64,000 bases of DNA, from assembly GCA_034007585.1 (NCBI GenBank), contig JAVEQP010000001.1, positions 5,031-69,030 of the forward strand. The letters are read 5' to 3'. This DNA comes from Lentimicrobium sp. (GTDB lineage: Bacteria; Bacteroidota; Bacteroidia; Bacteroidales; Lentimicrobiaceae). Each line of letters starts with the position of its first letter. Within the stretch, counting starts at the first letter, position 1. Shown here piece by piece: positions 29,335-36,525 of this stretch. The translations under genes and the position numbers were made by a program. The notes beneath the pieces are model-generated. The model did not search any database. It was not told the origin of the DNA and saw only the letters and a list, made by a program, of their open reading frames with translations.

Positions 29335-29907
29335 TCAGAGTTTGCCCCCACAATGATAGCACTTCTGATCGCCAGGCTCTAATTCAAGCTTCTTTCCACA
29401 ATTGGGGCAGAAAGATTTTTTATCAGCAGCTGGAAATTGTGACCTTCGATCTATAATGTACTTATTGTGAATTGAGCCAGCACCAAAACATAACATCCCT
29501 ACTATTCCATTAAACAAAAGGAAAATGAAGCCACCAATTATTCCTAAGCTGTTTAAGGAGTCAAATGGACCGTGTGCATTAGATAATATGTAAACAAAGC
29601 CAATAACTCCTATTACGGACATAATTAATCCGAAGACACTGGACGTTTCTTCTAACCATATGGTTTTTTCTGTAGGTTTATTGAGACTGACAGAAATCAG
29701 TTCAGCTATTGCTGAAAAACTCATCAGTACAATTCCAAGATAAAGCGACAAAATAATAATTTGTGTACTTCCATGGGAATCCGATATCAAATATATTGGC
29801 AAGAGAATTCCAACTGCTAAAAAAATGAAAGACAAAACTTGCAATATAGTGCTTATGAGATCATACCTTTTTGCGTAAAAAACATCAATGTTCAGTGCTT
29901 GTTTCAT
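29335..29907 (-). CDS. 4-TM membrane protein with C-terminal double zinc ribbon
   Basis: Two TM hairpins, then FCPNCG...KCYHCGGKL. Confidence 0.78.
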   Translation of the reverse strand: MKQALNIDVFYAKRYDLISTILQVLSFIFLAVGILLPIYLISDSHGSTQIIILSLYLGIVLMSFSAIAELISVSLNKPTEKTIWLEETSSVFGLIMSVIGVIGFVYILSNAHGPFDSLNSLGIIGGFIFLLFNGIVGMLCFGAGSIHNKYIIDRRSQFPAADKKSFCPNCGKKLELEPGDQKCYHCGGKL

Positions 29908-29940
29908 GGGATTTAGTTTGAAAAGATTATTAAATCATTT

Positions 29941-30131
29941 TTAGTTTTCAGTTACATCCTTTTGTTCTTCGGGTGATAAATCCTCGAAAGGCTTTTTAAG
30001 CAAAAAGTGGTAAACATTTGTATTTGATTCTGTAATAACAAAAGCTTGTGCAAATTCCCATTCGAGTTTACCCATATAGTTCAACGCATCAATCATAGAT
30101 TTGAAAACTATTGGTCTGCCAGTAGTGGGAT
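29941..30131 (-). pseudogene. 3' fragment of a small Bacteroidota exported protein
   Basis: PTTGRPIVFKSMIDALNYMGKLEWEFAQAFVIT...VYHFLLKK recalls the C-terminal half of a common Bacteroidota family. There is no signal peptide, and the track's N-terminus overlaps the upstream gene. Confidence 0.5.
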
Positions 30132-30167
30132 ATTTCCCCGGCAAAAGACGGTTGACTTTGCATATAT

Positions 30168-31652
30168 TTAGCGTATCATCCCACCTTTCATTTTGGCCTT
30201 CCATTCACCATAATCGTCTTTAAAAAGGATAAAATCTCCGATGTTATCAAAAGAGACTTCTTTACCTTGGTTGAAAGGATCATTTAATAAACAACTACCA
30301 ATAACGCGAATTTGCATTGGCCAATATCTTTCTCTATCGTTATATATGCCAATTTTCTCAACCTTGATGGAATTGAGTTTTGCATTACTTCCTCCCAATA
30401 AATTCCCAACCCAAGAAACAGGGATGCCTTCTTGTAAAGCAGCCGTCACCGCGCTAGCAATTTGTGCTTCATTTGGCATTGCACTTCTTGCTTTTTCTGC
30501 TAACAACAAAGCATCTTTATACCCCTTTACATAGTTGTTTGCAGATAAGAATTCTTTCTCTGCACCTTTAAATTCGTTTTGATTCATGAGAGCTTGGCCT
30601 TTTTCGTAATGAGCTTGTGCATCCTTCTCATCTGCCATGTTTTTATATTTAGTAGCTAACGCTTTCGCGTCTTTAAAATTGGAAACAAAGGAAACCGCTT
30701 TATTAAACTGTATTACAGCATCGCGAAAATTACCTACATTGACCAATGTTTTACCTTTATTATAACAAATTTGAGCATCATTTTCGTCTGCTATGGTTTT
30801 GTATTTAGTGGCTAATGCCTGTGCATCTTTAAAATTAGGCATAAAGGAAACCGCCTTATTAAACTGTATTGAAGCATCACGAAAGTTATCTGTATTAACA
30901 AAAGCTGTACCTTTATCATAACAAATTTGAGCATCCTTCTCATCAGCCATAGCTTCATATTTTGAAGCCAAAGTTTTCGCGTTTTTGTAATTGCCTGTAA
31001 TATCATCTGCACTCATAAACTTTTTTGATGCATCGCGATATTTCTCTTTACTCACCAAATTTTGTGCAATATTATAATAGGATTCGGAGGTTTTCTCTCT
31101 AGAGTCTTTGTAAGATTCACTATAGGTAAAAGCTGATGTATACTCTTTAATAGCTGTTTCATATTCCCCTTTTTTGAAAAAAACTTCAGCTTTCAAATAA
31201 TGTTCTTCAGCAGCATTATTAATAGCAATGGATAGCTTTGTGTCAATATCAATTATAGGCATTTCGAGAGGTCTCTTAATCTTCTTTCCGTCAATTTTTA
31301 TCTCTTCAATCGGATTGATTGATGCAATCTCTTTTCTTATTTTTTTTAATGTTTCATATTCTTCAATGGCCTTTCCCCAATCTAGTTTACGCTCATTTTC
31401 TTGAGCTGCTTTTAGATGGGAATCAACGACTATTTTAATAACAGGCCTAAATAATTCTATCGTTTTTTTATGATCGTTATCACTGCGGAGTTTAATAATG
31501 AGTAGATCAAGTGCCTGATCATACTGACCTTGTTCATAGGCTTTTTTAGCATCCCTATACTCATCAGCCCGAAGAGGTGTAATTACGGAACCGGCAAAAA
31601 TGCTAAGGCAAATTAGAGCCACTAAAACTAAAGAATAATTTGAGTTTTTCAT
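30168..31652 (-). CDS. Exported TPR-repeat protein with internal 52-aa tandem repeats
   Basis: Signal peptide, TPR helices, and three ADE.DAQ..Y.KG...F.DA..QF.KA units. Confidence 0.85.
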   Translation of the reverse strand: MKNSNYSLVLVALICLSIFAGSVITPLRADEYRDAKKAYEQGQYDQALDLLIIKLRSDNDHKKTIELFRPVIKIVVDSHLKAAQENERKLDWGKAIEEYETLKKIRKEIASINPIEEIKIDGKKIKRPLEMPIIDIDTKLSIAINNAAEEHYLKAEVFFKKGEYETAIKEYTSAFTYSESYKDSREKTSESYYNIAQNLVSKEKYRDASKKFMSADDITGNYKNAKTLASKYEAMADEKDAQICYDKGTAFVNTDNFRDASIQFNKAVSFMPNFKDAQALATKYKTIADENDAQICYNKGKTLVNVGNFRDAVIQFNKAVSFVSNFKDAKALATKYKNMADEKDAQAHYEKGQALMNQNEFKGAEKEFLSANNYVKGYKDALLLAEKARSAMPNEAQIASAVTAALQEGIPVSWVGNLLGGSNAKLNSIKVEKIGIYNDRERYWPMQIRVIGSCLLNDPFNQGKEVSFDNIGDFILFKDDYGEWKAKMKGGMIR

Positions 31653-31673
31653 ATTATGTAAATTTAATTTCCC

Positions 31674-31731
31674 CTACTCATGTGGCTTTTCGCATCCGCC
31701 CCGTTTTTTAAGTGGTTTCTGGTCTCCACTA
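31674..31731 (-). repeat. Leader module R1, copy A
   Basis: Minus strand TAGTGGAGACCAGAAACCACTTAAAAAACGGGGCGGATGCGAAAAGCCACATGAGTAG, 21 nt before ATG 31652; near-identical to 35505-35563. Confidence 0.9.
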
Positions 31732-31756
31732 TTTCAATTAAACTGTTTTTCTGCAA

Positions 31757-31806
31757 TGAATTTCTTCAAAACAAATTTGTCAGGGTGGCTCTCTTGTTTG
31801 TTTCAT
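31757..31806 (-). repeat. Leader module R2, copy A: micro-ORF MKQTREPP* (31806-31780) plus TGAA-GAAA-TTCA hairpin (31768-31757)
   Basis: 24 nt identical to 34765-34788 starting exactly at the ATG; shared TGTTTTGAAGAAATTCA.TGCA downstream. Confidence 0.85.
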
Positions 31807-31873
31807 TTTATTTTGTCATTTTTTAAACTTACACATAATGCATATTATGGCAGAGTTTAAGTTATCTCTAAAG

Positions 31874-33148
31874 TCATATATCATTTTTCATTGATATCTT
31901 TTCTTCAATTTTTCTGACACTACGCTGAATGGACAAAAAAACTAGGAGTGTTCCAATTAATACAATCAGAAAAATTCCACCTCCAATACCTGCTAAGGAT
32001 TTAGACCGAAGTCCTGTTTTGATAATTTTTTTACCTTCAAATTGCATTGCAGCCAATGCCTTCTCCTCTACATACTGGTTATCAATACGTTCAATTTGTT
32101 GAGCATATTCTTCATCAATTTGAGCTATTCGAATTTCACGATCCCGATTTTTATCCATAAATATATCATAATAACGTGATAAAGATTTGTTATGGTTCTC
32201 TCCTTTAATTTCCGTTAGCAGGGGGATAAATAAATCTGTGGCTTCCTGCAGCTTTGGTAAGTCTTCGTTGAATGCATAAAAATATTGCATGAATAGACTT
32301 ATAGTATTGATGCGTTCCTTAGAATCAAATTTATCAATTATCTCCGAAACATAATCAATAAATGGTGACCCATCATTTGGGTTTCTCTTACCGAAATCCA
32401 GAATCAAATCCATGTAGCGCAGATTATTCTCATTATCCATTCTGGGAATAACTTTTGATAGAGATGTGCAGACATTTATATTCTGGGATTTACTTTTTGA
32501 GCAATACTGTACCAACGAATTGATTGCCGGTTTTCGCTTATCTTCAGGCAATTGCTGCAAAACTGTAATATAAGCATCAAGCAGGTGTTTTTTATCAGTA
32601 TAAGTGGGTGCATCAGATGTCCTGTAAGCATAATCCAACTTTTCCTTAAGTCCATACTCTGTTACAATCCAATTCCGATACCTTTCGTCTTTATATACAT
32701 TCCAGTATCTTTCGCCATATGGGTAATACCAGTAACCCGCACCTGACCAGGAGTATTTAGAAGGAGGGATTAATTTCTCTAATGTTTGAATAGTCTCGTC
32801 ATAAGCTTTTTTACCCAGCGTGTCTTCTGATGCATATGTGCTAGTTTCAACAGCCTGGTTTATGGCTTTTTTCTGGTATGTTGTTTTTGAGGTATAAACC
32901 TTATTATTATCTGCATCATCAATAGTGATTTCACTCAGCAATACTGCCACCGGAGCGGGAAGTTGTTGTTTTTCCGGATAAGCTTGTTTTTCAACTTTCT
33001 TCGCTAAAGGAGGTATTACACTCCATATGAAGACCAGAACACTTATAACTATTGCCAATGATGAAAGAGCAATAAATAAATGCCAGAAGATTAATGAAAA
33101 ATTAAAAACATATTTGTCCTCAATTTTTGAAAAGTAGTTTGTTTTCAT
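31874..33148 (-). CDS. Hypothetical membrane protein (N- and C-terminal TMs flanking a large helical periplasmic domain)
   Basis: 424 aa, TM near residues 15-42 and TM near the C-terminus. Confidence 0.75.
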   Translation of the reverse strand: MKTNYFSKIEDKYVFNFSLIFWHLFIALSSLAIVISVLVFIWSVIPPLAKKVEKQAYPEKQQLPAPVAVLLSEITIDDADNNKVYTSKTTYQKKAINQAVETSTYASEDTLGKKAYDETIQTLEKLIPPSKYSWSGAGYWYYPYGERYWNVYKDERYRNWIVTEYGLKEKLDYAYRTSDAPTYTDKKHLLDAYITVLQQLPEDKRKPAINSLVQYCSKSKSQNINVCTSLSKVIPRMDNENNLRYMDLILDFGKRNPNDGSPFIDYVSEIIDKFDSKERINTISLFMQYFYAFNEDLPKLQEATDLFIPLLTEIKGENHNKSLSRYYDIFMDKNRDREIRIAQIDEEYAQQIERIDNQYVEEKALAAMQFEGKKIIKTGLRSKSLAGIGGGIFLIVLIGTLLVFLSIQRSVRKIEEKISMKNDI

Positions 33149-33195
33149 CTCGAAGTTATTTGATTTTTTTTATTTTGAATTTTAGTGTTTTTCAA

Positions 33196-34644
33196 TTAAG
33201 CGCTTCCAGCAGCCAGTAAAACAAGTCCAACAATTAGAATTAGTTTACCCATGCTGGTGATAACAGTATGCCCTCTTAGGTTTGCACCATACCTTTGGGA
33301 TACTTTTCTTTTCCCAAATTCATAACGACCTTCTAATTTTTTTGACCCATCTTTATAATATTCAACAAATGGACCATTCTTAACATGCCCGGTATATGCA
33401 TATTCTTTAATTATCTTTCCTCCTATGTAATTTTCCTCTTTAATTTTAATACTTTTATTGTTAAAGAAAAAATACTGCCCATCCGCAATTTTTCCATTAA
33501 AATAAACTAAGGAAAATTCAAGCTTCCCATTATCAAACCATCGTGAATGTTTCCCATCGATTTGTTCATTCAGATATGATTTTTCTTCTTTTTTTTGTCC
33601 ATTAGGAAACCACTCAGTCCACAACCCATCTCTTTTATCGTTGAGATACTGTCCTTTTTCTTTCGTATTATTACTATATGTTTCAAGAAATACACCATTT
33701 TTCTTGCCCATATTCCATTCCCCATAATAAGTTTTAAAATCATTTCTTAATATTCCTTTCCCATGAATGTCTCCATCTTTATAAACACCATCCCAAACTA
33801 TACCTCCCCTTTCATTATAGTCGATTCCTTTTCCATCTCTCAGCCCATTTCTGTAACTGCCTTCAAAACTTTTTTGTCCATTTAAGTACCATTCTATCCA
33901 TGAGCCATGCTTTTTCCCATTTAATAATTTTCCTTCTTCTTTTTTGTGATCCGAAAAGTAATCATAGTAACCAATATATAAGCTGTCATTATATATATAT
34001 ACCGAGCAGATGTCTCCTGATTTGGTTTCCAATCTAATGATTTCCTTCCCTCTGTCGTCATACTCCATAATTATATCATTCGTTATTTTGTCTTCACTAT
34101 AAAGTATCTCCTTTCTTAGCGTGCCGTTTTTATGCCACTCACTGTATTTCCCATTCTTTTGTCCATCTTTATAAGAGGCAAGCTTTTCTTTTTTTTCATT
34201 TTCATAATATAAAGTGAACAGTCCCTCTTTATTTTCATTCAAATAGTTTCCAGTTAATTTTTTATTCCCATTTGGATACCACTCTGAATATGATCCATTT
34301 AACTTTCCATTTAAATAATTGATCTCGTGGCTTTTATTTCCGTTTTCAAACCACTCTGTGTGCAAGCCATTCTTCACACCATGAATAAAATAACCCTCCT
34401 TTTTTTTTCTTTTACTTTCATAATATTCTACAAATAAGCCATTTTTGAGGCCTTTATAAAACTGCCCCACTTGTTCATAGGTGGTTTCATCCACTATCAA
34501 ACCCGTAAAAGGATAGCCATTCAGATACGCAATGTTTTCTTTAAATTGTAGTTCCCTTAGATACGCAGGATGCCGGTCGCCTTGCGCATAGCAAGACGAT
34601 AAAATAAGCATTGCAAATGATAGCATCAGAAAATTTTTCATCAT
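33196..34644 (-). CDS. Exported MORN-variant repeat (YwqK-like) protein
   Basis: Signal peptide and many G.(W/Y).EW(Y/F).NG.K..EG.Y..G...G repeats; ends in an atypical hydrophobic tail. Confidence 0.85.
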   Translation of the reverse strand: MMKNFLMLSFAMLILSSCYAQGDRHPAYLRELQFKENIAYLNGYPFTGLIVDETTYEQVGQFYKGLKNGLFVEYYESKRKKKEGYFIHGVKNGLHTEWFENGNKSHEINYLNGKLNGSYSEWYPNGNKKLTGNYLNENKEGLFTLYYENEKKEKLASYKDGQKNGKYSEWHKNGTLRKEILYSEDKITNDIIMEYDDRGKEIIRLETKSGDICSVYIYNDSLYIGYYDYFSDHKKEEGKLLNGKKHGSWIEWYLNGQKSFEGSYRNGLRDGKGIDYNERGGIVWDGVYKDGDIHGKGILRNDFKTYYGEWNMGKKNGVFLETYSNNTKEKGQYLNDKRDGLWTEWFPNGQKKEEKSYLNEQIDGKHSRWFDNGKLEFSLVYFNGKIADGQYFFFNNKSIKIKEENYIGGKIIKEYAYTGHVKNGPFVEYYKDGSKKLEGRYEFGKRKVSQRYGANLRGHTVITSMGKLILIVGLVLLAAGSA

Positions 34645-34737
34645 ACCGAATTTAGAATGTGTAACCTACGCCACTATGCGTTACTCTTTTTTGGGATTTA
34701 TGCTATATCCTATTGGTAAGTAATTGTTTCATTGCAT

Positions 34738-34788
34738 TGAATTTCTTCAAAACATCTTTTACTTGGGTGGCTCTCTTGTTTGTTTCAT
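34738..34788 (-). repeat. Leader module R2, copy B: micro-ORF MKQTREPPK* (34788-34759) plus TTGAA-GAAA-TTCAA hairpin
   Basis: Matches 31757-31806. Confidence 0.85.
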
Positions 34789-34863
34789 CTTTTTATTTTT
34801 AGTTTGTTTTTGTGCAGATTTTCGGGTAATAATCAGTACTTTTTTTTATTAATGTAACCTGGG

Positions 34864-35154
34864 TTAGTCCGGTATTTCCGATTTGGCGGAGAAACGCACT
34901 CCACCCCCAATTAGCAAGACAATTCCTCCTGTAATCATCGTATTGGTTGCTTTGCCCCGCTTTTGCTTACGGAGAGAATTGGTATGTTCGGTTTCCAACC
35001 AATTGCCCAAATCGTTCCGGCCTCCAAAAATGCCCATCTTTGATTCACTGGTGCTAAATTCTTTAGGTTGATTTGTGGCAAATTGGATTGCGCCATACAC
35101 AAAGATGATAGCTCCCAAAATGAGTATTACCAGTGCTAATCTCTTAAAATTCAT
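34864..35154 (-). CDS. Small 2-TM protein
   Basis: TM-loop-TM, 96 aa, same architecture as 29044-29301. Confidence 0.65.
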   Translation of the reverse strand: MNFKRLALVILILGAIIFVYGAIQFATNQPKEFSTSESKMGIFGGRNDLGNWLETEHTNSLRKQKRGKATNTMITGGIVLLIGGGVRFSAKSEIPD

Positions 35155-35176
35155 GATGATTCAGGTTTTGGGGAGT

Positions 35177-35482
35177 TTACATAAAGGCAGCCGCTCCGCC
35201 TAAAAGGGCACCGAAAACGGTTAGCAATAAAATTATGCCCAGGAGTGAAATTATTAATCCAGCAACAGCTAATCCTTTCGGCTCTTTAAATACTCCAACA
35301 AAAGATAATATTAGCCCTGTTAACCAAATTAACCACCCCAAAACGGGTACCCAGCCTAAAAATATTGCTATTAGTGCTAAGACAAAACCGGCAGTTCCCA
35401 CACCATTTGATTTCCGCTCTATTTGATTTATCACCACTGTCTGCCCAGATTGTGTTTGAGGATTTTGATAATCGTTTGCCAT
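35177..35482 (-). CDS. Small membrane protein (DUF4190-like)
   Basis: SNGVGTAGFVLALIAIFLGWVP...FVGVFKEPKGLAVAGLIIS pattern. Confidence 0.7.
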   Translation of the reverse strand: MANDYQNPQTQSGQTVVINQIERKSNGVGTAGFVLALIAIFLGWVPVLGWLIWLTGLILSFVGVFKEPKGLAVAGLIISLLGIILLLTVFGALLGGAAAFM

Positions 35483-35504
35483 CTTTTATTTGTATTTATT
35501 TTTT

Positions 35505-35563
35505 CTACTCATATGGCTTTTCGTATCCGCCCCGTTTTTTTAAGTGGTTTCTGGACTCCACTA
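35505..35563 (-). repeat. Leader module R1, copy B
   Basis: Minus strand TAGTGGAGTCCAGAAACCACTTAAAAAAACGGGGCGGATACGAAAAGCCATATGAGTAG, 22 nt before ATG 35482. Confidence 0.9.
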
Positions 35564-35669
35564 CATAGAATAGTGTATGGTTTAATCCACTCGTTTAGCT
35601 TTTCACTTCCACCCCGGTTTTCAGTCTGTTCAAGTCAGGTAAAACGCCCCACACTGAAAACTCACCCTG

Positions 35670-35737
35670 CAATATTACTTTTTATCTTACCGCAGCGCAA
35701 CACCATTTTTGGCCATTTTTTTTTACCCCTATATTTG
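35670..35737. promoter_or_regulatory. Back-to-back promoter pair
   Basis: Minus: TTG (35700-35698), N20, TAATATTG (35677-35670; one mismatch) facing the array. Plus: TTTG (35708-35711), N18, TATATTTG (35730-35737). Confidence 0.5.
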
Positions 35738-35837
35738 GGGATGGCTGAACCGAAATTGGGGATAGGAGCAGCTAAATTTCAGGGAATAGGGATACCCCTT
35801 AGCCATTAGCCAAAAGCAATGTCTAAAAAAAACTAAA

Positions 35838-35894
35838 ATGGAAAATACGAATTATAACGGCATATATCGGGAGATAGCGCCGGTTTATAGCTAA
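35838..35894 (+). CDS. Candidate small ORF or 5' gene stub MENTNYNGIYREIAPVYS*
   Basis: Strong A-rich initiation context (AAAAAAAACTAAA-ATG) downstream of the plus-strand promoter. Confidence 0.3.
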   Translation: MENTNYNGIYREIAPVYS

Positions 35895-35907
35895 AGGAAA
35901 TCTACAT

Positions 35908-36525
35908 TCACACAACTCCCTGCCTGATGGCGATAGCTACCAGTTCAGCCACATTTTTAGCACCGGTTTTAGCACGTGCTATCTTGCAATGCGATTCGAT
36001 GGTATGTACTGACAGCCGCATAAGCTCAGCAGTGACTTTGGTACTGTTCCCCTCAGCCAGATGTTTTATTACTTTAATTTCTTGGGGGCTTAGGTGACTT
36101 CCCGTGTAGCGGATGGTAATGCGATTGGGCTTATCATCGTTGTGAACCAGGTAATCAATATACCCCTGGTGGATGCGTTTAATGGCATTGCTGATATCGG
36201 TGATACCCGACTCTTTGCTGCGAAATCCCTCCGCACCGTTTTTTCGCAGTGAATCGATCAACGGTTTATCGTTGAGCGAGGTGAGAATAAGCACCTTTAC
36301 CTCGGGTTTATTTTTTTTGATGGCTATCAGGGTCTCCTCGCCGTTCATTTCAGGCATATCCACATCCAGCAGCATTACATCAATGGGTTCAACGGCCACT
36401 GCCTGCAGTGCCTCTTTACCGTTTTGGGCATGTCCCACCACTTCTATTTCGGGATCTGACTTCAGGTAAGCAATCAATCCTTCTTTAAAACTTTGATGAT
36501 CGTCGGTGATAAATACTTTTATCAT
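35908..36525 (-). CDS. NarL/LuxR-family response regulator
   Basis: REC (TDDH, LLDVDMPEMNG, ILTS, SK) plus LuxR HTH (LSPQEIKVIKHLAEG.S....AELM.LS..TI..H). Confidence 0.93.
   Translation of the reverse strand: MIKVFITDDHQSFKEGLIAYLKSDPEIEVVGHAQNGKEALQAVAVEPIDVMLLDVDMPEMNGEETLIAIKKNKPEVKVLILTSLNDKPLIDSLRKNGAEGFRSKESGITDISNAIKRIHQGYIDYLVHNDDKPNRITIRYTGSHLSPQEIKVIKHLAEGNSTKVTAELMRLSVHTIESHCKIARAKTGAKNVAELVAIAIRQGVV

Noticed and set aside
31674-31731. R1 as a c-di-GMP-I riboswitch (AAACC...GG...GAAAAGCC resemblance)
   Set aside because: The P2 stem does not pair, and the GGCAAA/GACGCAAAGC core and second hairpin are missing.
34655-34690. GTAAC...GTTAC hairpin with bulge as an integron attC site; array as integron cassettes
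   Set aside because: Only ~24-31 bp (attC sites are longer), a poor RYYYAAC/GTTRRRY match, not repeated after other genes, and no integrase present.
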